From the NCBI GenBank assembly GCA_044225365.1, contig JBGAIQ010000066.1:1-28316 (forward strand): a stretch of 28,316 nucleotides of DNA. The letters run 5' to 3'. The translations under genes and the position numbers were made by a program. This document shows positions 7,143-16,369 of the stretch, one piece after another (position 1 is the stretch's first letter; every line of letters begins with the position of its first letter). The notes beneath the pieces were generated by a model that saw only the letters and a program-made list of their open reading frames with translations, did no database searches and was not told where the DNA came from. Origin of the DNA: Planctomycetota bacterium (GTDB lineage Bacteria > Planctomycetota > B15-G4 > JADJEK01).

Positions 7143-9746
7143 ATGCGATCGATTGCGGATCTGCGGGCTCGAGGTGAGTCCTCGCCATGGCGAGGCGGGT
7201 TGGGCTTCTTTGCGTCGCCCGTGCTCGCTTTGGCGATCTGCGGGCTCCCGCAAAACGCATTCGGATCGAGCGACGAGTGTGCGGTTTCGCCGGCATCACC
7301 CGCACGACCGTCGGTGCGCAGCTCGGCAGCGATCGAGTCGATCCGCGGCTTCGTCGAGAATCGGGGGCAGTGGGCGCCCGAAGTGAGATTCTTCGCTCGA
7401 GCGGGGGGCATCGAAGCGACGTTGACGGAGAGTGCGTTGGTCTTTCGTCCCGCGCCGCCCGAGCCGAGCAGCGGGCGTCCGTGGCCGGCGCCGCTCGTTT
7501 TGCGTTTGCCGCCGCCGACGAGGAAGTTCCCGTCCGCTACAACGACGCTCCGCGGCGAAGGTCCGCTGCCGACGAAACATCATTTCCTCGTAGGACCGCT
7601 TGCGAAACACGTGCGCGATGTGATGGGGTATGACTACGTCGTCTACAGCGATGTAAGCCCCGGGATCGATCTCGTCGTGCGGATCGAGCAGGACGCGGCG
7701 TCGAAGCGCGAGCGATTCGCCTACGACCTCTTGGTGGCGCCAGGGGCGAAGCTCGAAGAGTTCGAGCTCGCGGTGGAAGGAGCGACGGGACTCGAAGGGA
7801 CGACGAGCGGATCGCTCGCGATGCAAACGGCCGCGGGCCTCGTCGAGCAGCGAATCGGAGCGTGCTGGCAGGAGGGCGGCGCGAGCGAGGGCTCGACACC
7901 GGCGCACGCTACATTTCGAATCGCCGCAGAAGGCGCGCTGAAATTCGGTTTCGCCGCGCCGGGGCGCGACCCGGCGCGCGCGTTCGTGCTCGACCCGAGC
8001 CTGGCCTGGGCGACGTATCTCGGAGGGCCGGCGCAAGAGCTCTTGCAAGATATCGCCGTCGACGGCGCGGGAGCGACCTATGTCGCGTGTCTCTCGCACG
8101 GTGCGATGCCGACGACGCCGGGGGCGATTCAATCTACGTCGCTCTCGGTGGCGGATGCATGGGTAGGAAAACTCTCGGCTGACGGGTCGACCCTTCTGGT
8201 CGGGACGTTTTTGGGCGGCACTGCGACCGACGTAGTTTACGGAGTTGACGTCGACCACGACGGTAGCATCGTCCTCTTCGGGAATACTTGGTCCGCCGAT
8301 TTTCCGACGACGCCGGGGTGTCTCCAGTCATCGGCCGTAGGCTTTCCTTTCTATCCCGACCTCTTCGTGACTCGACTCGCTCCGGATGGGGGCAGCATCG
8401 TGTGGTCCACTTATTATGGTGGACCGGGCGAAGACGATGCGAGCGTGTCGGCACTGTTTCCGTCCGGAGACGTGCTGATTAGCGCGCGACCCTACTCAGC
8501 CACGCCGGCAAGCACCCCTGGCGCTTTCGACACGACATTCGACTCGCACAAGCGACTCCTGGCGAGGATCTCGGCGGACGGCAAGGCATTGAAGTTCCAG
8601 ACGTATTTCCAGACGAGTCGAATTCTCGACGTTGCGATCGACGAGCAGGAGAATATCTACTTCGCGGGAGACATTAGCCTAGCCGACATGCCGCTTCCGG
8701 CGACTTCGGGCGCATTCAAGTCGGTCACTCAGACACAAGATAGTGATGGTTTCGTTGCGAAGATGAATGGGCTCGGATCGCACCTACTTTGGGCGACGTA
8801 TCTGGGTGGAGACAGCAACCTCGATGCCGTATGGGGGATTGCGGTCGATCCATCCCATGCGGTGTATGCGGTTGGGCAGACCGCTTCGGTCGACTTTCCG
8901 ACGACTCAGGGTGCATTTGATTCGACCTTCTCTCCTGGATTCGACGGCTTCGTGACCAAGCTCCTGCCAGGTGGTAGCGGCCCCGTTTGGTCGACGTTGA
9001 TCGGTTCGTGCTGTGGTGGGAGTGGCATTGAGACGGATCTGGCGGTCGACAGAGCCGGCAACGTCACGTCGGGAGGGACTTCGAATGAGCCGAATTTCCC
9101 GACGACGCCGGATGCAATCCAGCCGAACTATACAGGTCCATTCCCTTCAGGAGATGCCCACCTCACGAAGTACGACGCGTTTGGTAGTGCGCTTCTTTAC
9201 TCGACCTGGTATGCGGGCACGAATACCGATTTTTTCTCGCATGTCGAAATGGGTCCGGACCAGAACCCGCACCTCGCGCTGGAATCGTATTCTTCGAATA
9301 TCCCAGTGACCCCAGGGGCCTTCGACACGACGTATGGAGGAGGCGAGGATGTGGTGGTCGCCAAGTTCACGCTTCCCCCGATGCCGTGGGAAGTGCTCGG
9401 CGGCGGCAAGACGGGGGCGAAGGACACGCCGAATCTCGCGGGCGGGGGTTGGCTGACGCCGGGATCTGCTGGCCGGATCTCGCTGCGCGGTGCGGAGAAG
9501 AATTCGAGCGCGCTGCTCTTTGCGGGCCTGACGGCGATCAACGCGCCGATCTTGGGAGGCACGTTCGTGCCCTCGCCCCAAATCCTGCTGTCGCTTACGA
9601 CCGATGCCTCCGGAGGACTCGATCTGCCCTTCGTCTGGCCGAACGTCTCATCGGGGATCGATCTCTATGTCCAGGTGTGGGTCGCAGACGTGGGAGCGAC
9701 GCTAGGCTACAGCGCCACGAACGGGCTGAAACTGACCTCGCAGTGA
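7143..9746 (+). CDS. Secreted SBBP-repeat beta-propeller protein, paralog 2 (intact, 867 aa)
   Basis: GFVENRGQW, LDPSLAWATYLGG, repeated D.FV.KL...G....WSTY.GG and FPTT.GAF blades. Colinear with paralog 1. C-terminal domain ends LYVQVWVAD.GATLGYSATNGLKLTSQ. Confidence 0.9.
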   Translation: MRSIADLRARGESSPWRGGLGFFASPVLALAICGLPQNAFGSSDECAVSPASPARPSVRSSAAIESIRGFVENRGQWAPEVRFFARAGGIEATLTESALVFRPAPPEPSSGRPWPAPLVLRLPPPTRKFPSATTTLRGEGPLPTKHHFLVGPLAKHVRDVMGYDYVVYSDVSPGIDLVVRIEQDAASKRERFAYDLLVAPGAKLEEFELAVEGATGLEGTTSGSLAMQTAAGLVEQRIGACWQEGGASEGSTPAHATFRIAAEGALKFGFAAPGRDPARAFVLDPSLAWATYLGGPAQELLQDIAVDGAGATYVACLSHGAMPTTPGAIQSTSLSVADAWVGKLSADGSTLLVGTFLGGTATDVVYGVDVDHDGSIVLFGNTWSADFPTTPGCLQSSAVGFPFYPDLFVTRLAPDGGSIVWSTYYGGPGEDDASVSALFPSGDVLISARPYSATPASTPGAFDTTFDSHKRLLARISADGKALKFQTYFQTSRILDVAIDEQENIYFAGDISLADMPLPATSGAFKSVTQTQDSDGFVAKMNGLGSHLLWATYLGGDSNLDAVWGIAVDPSHAVYAVGQTASVDFPTTQGAFDSTFSPGFDGFVTKLLPGGSGPVWSTLIGSCCGGSGIETDLAVDRAGNVTSGGTSNEPNFPTTPDAIQPNYTGPFPSGDAHLTKYDAFGSALLYSTWYAGTNTDFFSHVEMGPDQNPHLALESYSSNIPVTPGAFDTTYGGGEDVVVAKFTLPPMPWEVLGGGKTGAKDTPNLAGGGWLTPGSAGRISLRGAEKNSSALLFAGLTAINAPILGGTFVPSPQILLSLTTDASGGLDLPFVWPNVSSGIDLYVQVWVADVGATLGYSATNGLKLTSQ

Positions 9747-9942
9747 CCAATGACCCAGCTACCGGGTATGACGAGGGTCGGGGATTCAATGGTGGGATTC
9801 ATAAGCCCAAGGCGACCCATGGATCGTCGTCGAGTGCATAGCGAAGCGAAATCACCAACGGTCCCTATGATATCGAGGCGACAAAAGTAGGAATCTGCAT
9901 CGGGATCCGCGGCGCGAAGGAGGCGATCCTCCCCCGACCGAC

Positions 9943-11709
9943 TCACCCCTGCCACGCCGCGAGCAGCGGATCGATCGCGTCGGCCCAGATCGCGTACCCG
10001 CGCGGCGAGAGATGCAGGAGATCCGGCATCACGTCGGGGGTGAGCGTGCCGTCCGAGCGCAGGAACCTCGAGGACAGGTCGAGGTAGGTCACGTGCTCGC
10101 CGTCGTCGAGGCGCTCGAGCATGCGATTCGCTCGCACCAGCTTCCGGCGCTGCGGATCCTCGGGGCTCGCGTTGCGGGGGAAGATGCCGAGCAGGAGGAT
10201 CTTCGCCTTCGGCAAGCCGGCGCGCAGCCGGTCGACGATCGCGCCGACGCCGCTCGCGATGTCGCCGGCCGAGCACTCGTCGCCGTTCGAGTCGTTGGTG
10301 CCGATCATGAGCACGATGGCCTTCACGTCCTTCCTCTGAAGGCGCTCGAGGATGCCGTGATCGAGCCGCCACAGGATCTGCTCGGTCCGATCGCCGCCGA
10401 TCCCGAGGTTGACCGCGCCGCGGGGCAGGAAGCGCGAGGCGAACATCGAACCGCCCTCGCCGCTCCACGCCGCGGTGATCGAATCACCGAGGAAGACGAG
10501 CGAGCACTTCTTCGCGTCGATGGCCTCGAGGCCGCTGCGGTAGACGTCGCCCCAACCCGAATTCAGGTCGCGCGATTCCGGCCGGAGCGTGATCGGTCCT
10601 TCGGGAGTTTCGCCGCGCACGCGCGCGTCGAGCTCGGGGAGCGTGAATCGGACGCTGACGACGAATGGCTCGGCCCCGCGCAGGAAATGGCCATAGGTCG
10701 TGGCGACGAGCGTGCCGTCCCGCAGCGACTCGAGGCCGGCGTAGCCGCAGTCCCAGTCGTGATGGTTGTCGAGGAGACGAACTTTGCAATCTCCGCTGCC
10801 GCCCGCGAGGAGGTCGTCGAATCTGCCGACCCAACCGACGAAATCACCGTGCGTGGCGCTGCCTTCTTCCATGTCGCGGAACACGAGGACGAGCCGACCG
10901 TCGCTCGCGTACCTCGCGACGTGGCGATCACCCGTCAGCCAGATCGGAAGCGGTCGCGGCGACGAGAACGTGGCGCCTGCATCGTCGGAGACGACGATCT
11001 GCGATTCGTGCTTTCGCGAGTTCTCGCGGAGCAGGAGAGCGATCCGTTTGCCGTCGGGGGAGACCACCGCGCCCGGTTCGCACAGGTCGAGGCCCGGCGC
11101 GGAGGCGATCGCGCGCGGCTCGCTCCAGGTCGTGCCCGCGTTGCTCGAGTTCGTCGCGTAGACGGTGAACGGGCCCTTGTTCCCCGTCTTCGTGAGATAA
11201 CGGCCGTCGTCGTGGAAGAACGCGATGAGACTTCCCGGGGTCGTTTCGACGACCGAACTCATCGCCACGATGCCGCCGAAATCGCCGATCGGCTCGAGCT
11301 CGCTGAACCTGGCGCCGAGGTCGTCCGAGATCGCGAGTCGGATCGGGTAGAGCCCCGAGAACAGGAGAAGGCGTGGGGCGTTCGTCTTCGGATTCGTCAC
11401 GCGGAAGAGGGTCGGAGTCTCCTGACTCGTCGCGAAGGAAGGAGGCGTTTCGAGCAGGGCGGAGAACGTGCGGCCGCCGTCGTCGCTGCGCCGCAGGCGG
11501 ATGGGGCCCTTGCCGTGACCCTCGGGATACGCGACGAGGATCGAGTCGTCCTTCGTCGTGACCGTGGAGGGATGGCCGAGATAACGCCCGGGTTCGGCAT
11601 CGACCACGAACTGGCGATGGAACTCGTGGGACAGATCGATCGACGGCGGCGGAACGGGCGCCATGCGGTCGAGGGCGACAGGAAGGGCGAGGAGGAGTTC
11701 GAGCAGCAT
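9943..11709 (-). CDS. BNR/Asp-box sialidase-like glycoside hydrolase fused to a C-terminal SGNH/GDSL esterase
   Basis: Asp-boxes SDDGGRTFS, SDDLGARFS, SSNAGTTWS, SDDAGATFS. SGNH blocks FLGDSIT, GIGGD, IGTND, DLLH. Hydrophobic N-terminus from ATG 11709. Confidence 0.88.
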   Translation of the reverse strand: MLLELLLALPVALDRMAPVPPPSIDLSHEFHRQFVVDAEPGRYLGHPSTVTTKDDSILVAYPEGHGKGPIRLRRSDDGGRTFSALLETPPSFATSQETPTLFRVTNPKTNAPRLLLFSGLYPIRLAISDDLGARFSELEPIGDFGGIVAMSSVVETTPGSLIAFFHDDGRYLTKTGNKGPFTVYATNSSNAGTTWSEPRAIASAPGLDLCEPGAVVSPDGKRIALLLRENSRKHESQIVVSDDAGATFSSPRPLPIWLTGDRHVARYASDGRLVLVFRDMEEGSATHGDFVGWVGRFDDLLAGGSGDCKVRLLDNHHDWDCGYAGLESLRDGTLVATTYGHFLRGAEPFVVSVRFTLPELDARVRGETPEGPITLRPESRDLNSGWGDVYRSGLEAIDAKKCSLVFLGDSITAAWSGEGGSMFASRFLPRGAVNLGIGGDRTEQILWRLDHGILERLQRKDVKAIVLMIGTNDSNGDECSAGDIASGVGAIVDRLRAGLPKAKILLLGIFPRNASPEDPQRRKLVRANRMLERLDDGEHVTYLDLSSRFLRSDGTLTPDVMPDLLHLSPRGYAIWADAIDPLLAAWQG

Positions 11710-11831
11710 GCGCACACCATACCCTCGCGCGCGCGAGAGGAGGTGTGTTAGGGTGCTTCCTCGGCCCCATCCCACGAACACGACGCGCTTCACGCCGTGG
11801 CGGGATCGGGCGCTCGGAGGGTTCGAACGAC

Positions 11832-13754
11832 GTGTTGCTCGTGAAGACTTCGCGCCCGAGGAGTCGGGCGCTCCTGCTGTCCATCGGCTCCCTCGCGCTC
11901 CCGCTTCTTCCTGCGCTTCCCGCCTTCGGCGCGGTGATCGAACGCACCGTCGCTTTCCGCGGCGTGCGAGTCGAATCGCCCGGTAGTGCGCCGATCGAGA
12001 ATGCGACGCTCGTCGTCCGCGACGGCGTCATCGCGGCCGTCGCGCCGAATGCGAGCATCCCACCCGACGCCAAGGTGATCGACGGCGCGGGCCTCACGGT
12101 CGTCCCGTCCTTCGTCGACACCTGGTCGACCGCGTTCTCGCTGGAGCCCCCGAAGAAGGAGGCGCAGCCGAACAAGGTCGTCGACGAGGGCGCGGTCATC
12201 GGGATGGACCACGATGCGCGCTACGGCCGCACGCCCGAGGCGCGAACGGAATTCGCGCTGCCGTTCAAGGACGCGCGCAAGTGGCGCGAGAACGGCTTCG
12301 GCGCGTTCGTCGGCGTGCCCCTCGGATCCGGGATCCGCGGCCAGTCCGCGATCGGCTGGCTCCTGGACGACGGCGCCACGGTGCCCGACGTCACGTTGGC
12401 GCGCGACGTCTTCATGCATGTCGATCTGTCGATCGCGGCGCCGAGCTACCCATCGACGTTGATGGGCGTGCTCGCGGCCTATCGCCAGTATCTCGCCGAC
12501 GCCGAGCGCAACGCCGCGATGTGGCGCCGGTACGACAAGAGCGGCAAGAAGGTCGAGCGACCCGTCGTCGACCTTGGCTTCAACGAACTGCTCGCCGCGA
12601 AGGCCGCGGGCAAGCGCTTCGTGTTCACCGCGAACGAGGCGCGCGAGATCCGCGTCGCGCTTTCCCTCGCGAAGGAGTTCGGCGTGAAGCCCGCGATCGC
12701 GGGCGGCGCGGAAGCCGATCTCGTGATCGCGGAGTTGAAGGCGGCCGATGCGTTCGTGCTGCTCGGACTCGACTTCCCGAAGAAGGCGGACGACGACGCT
12801 CCCGCGGGTCCGGGCAATCTGGGCGCGGGCGAGCACGAGGAGTTCGACGAGCGCGGGGAGTGCGACGACTGCACGGCAGGCATCCCGCGCGAGCCCGAGT
12901 TCTTCTCGGGTCAGGACCCGGCGGCGAAGCCTCAGAATCCCGCCGCTGCGGCGCCCGAGGCGGCCAAGGTCGAGGGCGGCAAGCCCGACGCCAAGCCGGC
13001 CGAGAAGAAGAATCGCACCGACGTGCCCGCCGCCGCGATGGCCGAGCGCGATCAGAAACGCCAGGAGCGGATCGCAACGGCGAGCAAGCTCGCCGCCGCG
13101 GGAGTGCCCTTCGCGTTCACGGCGAAGGACCTCAAGTCGCCGGACGAATTCCGCGCGAACCTGAAACTCGCGATCGATGCCGGACTCGCCCGTGACGCGG
13201 CGCTCGCCGCCGCGACGAGCCGGGCCGCGGACCTCGTCGGTCTGCAGGATGCGTTCGGCGGGGTCGAACCTGGCCGCGTCGCCGCGCTCACGTTCTTCTC
13301 CGGCGATCCGCTCGATCCCGCGACGAAAGTGCGCTACGCGCTCGTCGGGAAGGAGCGCTTCGAGTTCGAGCCGCCGAAGGCGGCGCCCGACAAGAAGGGC
13401 AAGGGTGTCGAGACGAAGAGCAGCGGCAACGACGTGACCGGCGTCTGGGCGATGAAGGTCGACATGGGCGACTCGGCGCGCGAGTACCAGATCACGTTCG
13501 ACCAGAAGGAGGGCCGGCTTTCCGGCACCAGTCTGTCGGGCACGGGCACGAGCGGCGAGTTGAGCTCCGGTTCCGTCGCGGGCGACTCGATCGAGTTCAT
13601 GATCGTGATCAACCCGGCGGGGCGGCACTACGAATTCTCCTACAGCGGCAAGGTGAGCGGCGATCAGATGAGCGGAACGGTCTCCATCAACGGCGGCGAA
13701 GGACACCCCTGGAGCGCAACGCGCACGAGCAAGCCGCAAGGAGGTGCGCGATGA
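11832..13754 (+). CDS. Secreted amidohydrolase-fold protein lacking metal ligands, with a C-terminal small beta-rich domain
   Basis: N-terminal beta-sandwich (LVVRDGVIAAV...VIDGAGLTVVP), DTWST in place of DxHxH, YPSTLMG, C-terminal G.VEPGRVA.L..FSGDPL. Signal peptide. Start GTG 11832 (GGAGG upstream) or 11841. Confidence 0.82.
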   Translation: MLLVKTSRPRSRALLLSIGSLALPLLPALPAFGAVIERTVAFRGVRVESPGSAPIENATLVVRDGVIAAVAPNASIPPDAKVIDGAGLTVVPSFVDTWSTAFSLEPPKKEAQPNKVVDEGAVIGMDHDARYGRTPEARTEFALPFKDARKWRENGFGAFVGVPLGSGIRGQSAIGWLLDDGATVPDVTLARDVFMHVDLSIAAPSYPSTLMGVLAAYRQYLADAERNAAMWRRYDKSGKKVERPVVDLGFNELLAAKAAGKRFVFTANEAREIRVALSLAKEFGVKPAIAGGAEADLVIAELKAADAFVLLGLDFPKKADDDAPAGPGNLGAGEHEEFDERGECDDCTAGIPREPEFFSGQDPAAKPQNPAAAAPEAAKVEGGKPDAKPAEKKNRTDVPAAAMAERDQKRQERIATASKLAAAGVPFAFTAKDLKSPDEFRANLKLAIDAGLARDAALAAATSRAADLVGLQDAFGGVEPGRVAALTFFSGDPLDPATKVRYALVGKERFEFEPPKAAPDKKGKGVETKSSGNDVTGVWAMKVDMGDSAREYQITFDQKEGRLSGTSLSGTGTSGELSSGSVAGDSIEFMIVINPAGRHYEFSYSGKVSGDQMSGTVSINGGEGHPWSATRTSKPQGGAR

Positions 13755-16369
13755 GTCGCGCCCTGCTCGCCCTCGCCGGCGTCATCGCCCTCACGGCCCT
13801 CGTCCACGCGGGCGACCGTCCCGAACTCCCCACCGAGACCAAGGCGCAGCGGACGCCGAAGACGCACACCGGCGGCAACGCGTTCCTGAAGGACGCGACC
13901 GTGATCCCGGTCTCGTCGCCGCGGCGCGAGCACGTGTCGATCCTGGTGAAGGACGGACGCATCGCCGCGCTGCTCCCGGGCGACGCGACGCCGCCCGCCG
14001 GCATCGCCGTGTTCGACTGCAGCGGGCTCGTCGTCTCTCCCGGCGTGATCGACTGCCACGCGCACGTCGCGATCGCGAGCGGCGTCAACGAGGGCACCGA
14101 CAGCGTCACGGCCGAGGTGCGGATCGCCGATCAGGTGAATGGCGAAGACGTATCGCTCTACCGCGCGCTCGCGGGCGGCACGACCGGCGCGCAACTGCTG
14201 CATGGCAGCGCGAACGCGATCGGTGGCCAGAGCGCCGTCGTGAAGTTCAAGTTCGGACATCCAGGTCCGGAATTGCTGATCCCGGACGCGCCGCGTGGGA
14301 TCAAGTTCGCGCTCGGCGAGAATCCGAAGCGCGCGGGTTCGGACGGCGGCAACGCCACCGAGCGGCGTTATCCCTCGTCGCGCCTCGGCGTCGAGGCGAC
14401 GATTCGCCGCGCGTTCCTCGCGGGCCGCGAGTACCAGAAGGCGTGGTCGGACTACGACGCGGCCAAGGCTCGCGGTGAGGACCTCGTTCCGCCCCAGCGC
14501 GATCTGCGCCTCGAGACGATCGCCGACATCCTGAGCGGCAAGGTGCGCATCCACTGCCACAGCTACGTCGCGAGCGAGATCCTCATGCTCATTCGCGTCT
14601 GCGACGAGTTCGGCGTGAAGATCGCCACGTTCCAGCACGGGCTCGAGTGCTACAAGGTGGCCCCCGAGATCAAGAAGCACGGCGCCGGCGTATCGACGTT
14701 CGCCGACTGGTGGGCGTACAAGCACGAGGTGTACGACGCGATCCCGTACAACGCCGCGCTGCTCGACGAGGCCGGAGTCGTCGTCTCGATCAACTCCGAC
14801 TCGTCGGATCACATCCGTCGACTCAACTACGAAGCCGCGAAGTCGATGAAGTACGGCGGCATGTCGGCCGATCATGCGCTCGCGATGGTGACGCTCAATC
14901 CCGCGAAGCAGCTCGGCATCGACTTCCGCACCGGGAGCATCGATGTCGGCAAGGATGCCGATCTCGCGGTGTGGAGCGGCGACCCGCTCTCCGGCTACTC
15001 GCGGTGCGAGCTCACGTTCGTCGAAGGCGAACTGTTCTTCGATCGCCGGGAGGCCGCGACGGCGACGAACGCTCCGATCTTCGTCGACGACGACGACGTC
15101 GCGCGCATCGCCGCGGGCCTCGATACGACGCCGGTGAAGCGCGAGGTCGCGAACCACCATCCTGCGACCGACAAGATCGCGATCGTCGGCGGCAGGATCT
15201 TCCCCGTTTCGGCGGCACCGATCGAGAACGGCACGCTGCTCGTCGAGGACGGCCGGATTCGGGCGGTCGGCAAGAAGGACGAGGTCGCGGTCCCCGCGGG
15301 CTTCAAGGTGATCGACGCGTCGGGCCGTTACGTGTATCCCGGGATGATCGATGCGCAGACGCAGCTCGGCCTCAACGAGATCGCCTCCGTCCCAGGATCG
15401 GTCGACACTCGCGAGCAGGGCGACTGTCAATCCGATCTGCGCTCGTCGATCGCGGTGAACGCATCGTCGGAGCACATTCCGGTCGCGCGCGCCAATGGGA
15501 TCACGACCGCCGTGATTCGCCCGCGCGGCGCGCTGATCCAGGGACAAGGCGCGCTCATGCATCTCGATGGGTGGACCTGGGAGCAGATGGAGCTCGTCGA
15601 TCCGCTCGCGCTCTATCTCAACGTCCCGGGCTTCGGACGCCGCAGCTCGGGCAAGGGCGACGACGACGATCCGCGCACAAAGGACATGATCCAGTGGTTC
15701 GAGCGCGCGCGCGAGTACGCGCGGGTGAAGGCCGAGTCGACCAAGGCCGGCATCGTGCCGCCGCCGAATGACCCGCGACTCGAGGCGCTCCTGCCGTACG
15801 CGGACAAGCAGCGGCCGGTCGTGTTCGACGCCGACGACGAGAAGGCGATCGTGAAAGCGGTCGAACTCGCATCGCGCATCGGTCTGAAGCCGATCATCGC
15901 GGGCGGACGCGAGGCGTGGAAGGTCGCAGGCTTCCTGAAGAAGTTCGACGTGCCCGTCCTCCTCGGACCCGCGCTCACGCTGCCGTCGGACAACTGGGAT
16001 CCCTACGACTCGGCCTACGCCAATGCGGGAGTGCTCGCTCGCGCGGGCGTGCGATTCGCGTTCACGACGAACGACGCTTCGAACGTGCGGAACCTGCCGT
16101 ACCAGGCGATCGTCTCGGCGGCGTTCGGTGTGCCGAAGGACGAGGCGCTCGCGGCGGTGACGCTGCGACCCGCGCAGATCCTCGGCGTCGATCACGCGAT
16201 CGGGAGTCTCGAGGTCGGAAAGGTCGCGGACATCGTGATCACCGACGGCGATCTCCTCGAGATGCGGACGAACATCGAGCATCTCCTCATCGGCGGCCGC
16301 GAAGTCAGTCTCGAGACTCGGCACACGAAGCTCTACGAGAGTTATCGCACTCGTCTGAAGTCGCCGTGA
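13751..16369 (+). CDS. Secreted tandem two-domain amidohydrolase (imidazolonepropionase-like family)
   Basis: Domain 1 has PGVIDCHAH, KFALGENPK, IHCH, FQHG and SINSD. Domain 2 has PGMIDAQTQ (degenerate). ATGA overlap with the upstream stop, GGAGG RBS, signal peptide. Confidence 0.92.
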   Translation: MSRALLALAGVIALTALVHAGDRPELPTETKAQRTPKTHTGGNAFLKDATVIPVSSPRREHVSILVKDGRIAALLPGDATPPAGIAVFDCSGLVVSPGVIDCHAHVAIASGVNEGTDSVTAEVRIADQVNGEDVSLYRALAGGTTGAQLLHGSANAIGGQSAVVKFKFGHPGPELLIPDAPRGIKFALGENPKRAGSDGGNATERRYPSSRLGVEATIRRAFLAGREYQKAWSDYDAAKARGEDLVPPQRDLRLETIADILSGKVRIHCHSYVASEILMLIRVCDEFGVKIATFQHGLECYKVAPEIKKHGAGVSTFADWWAYKHEVYDAIPYNAALLDEAGVVVSINSDSSDHIRRLNYEAAKSMKYGGMSADHALAMVTLNPAKQLGIDFRTGSIDVGKDADLAVWSGDPLSGYSRCELTFVEGELFFDRREAATATNAPIFVDDDDVARIAAGLDTTPVKREVANHHPATDKIAIVGGRIFPVSAAPIENGTLLVEDGRIRAVGKKDEVAVPAGFKVIDASGRYVYPGMIDAQTQLGLNEIASVPGSVDTREQGDCQSDLRSSIAVNASSEHIPVARANGITTAVIRPRGALIQGQGALMHLDGWTWEQMELVDPLALYLNVPGFGRRSSGKGDDDDPRTKDMIQWFERAREYARVKAESTKAGIVPPPNDPRLEALLPYADKQRPVVFDADDEKAIVKAVELASRIGLKPIIAGGREAWKVAGFLKKFDVPVLLGPALTLPSDNWDPYDSAYANAGVLARAGVRFAFTTNDASNVRNLPYQAIVSAAFGVPKDEALAAVTLRPAQILGVDHAIGSLEVGKVADIVITDGDLLEMRTNIEHLLIGGREVSLETRHTKLYESYRTRLKSP

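Noticed and set aside
6623-9746. Diversity-generating retroelement TR/VR pair at the SBBP 3' ends
   Set aside because: Mismatches are not adenine-specific and are mostly synonymous, both copies are coding, and no reverse transcriptase is in the window.
13664-16324. 886-aa minus-strand ORF, and similar long ORFs at 11790-13739 (-), 10012-11751 (+) and 16730-19318 (+)
   Set aside because: All overlap well-supported genes on the opposite strand or in another frame and lack family motifs.
15916-16365. 150-aa N-terminal extension of EboE in the ORF track
   Set aside because: It overlaps the amidohydrolase in another frame; EboE homology begins at GTG 16366.
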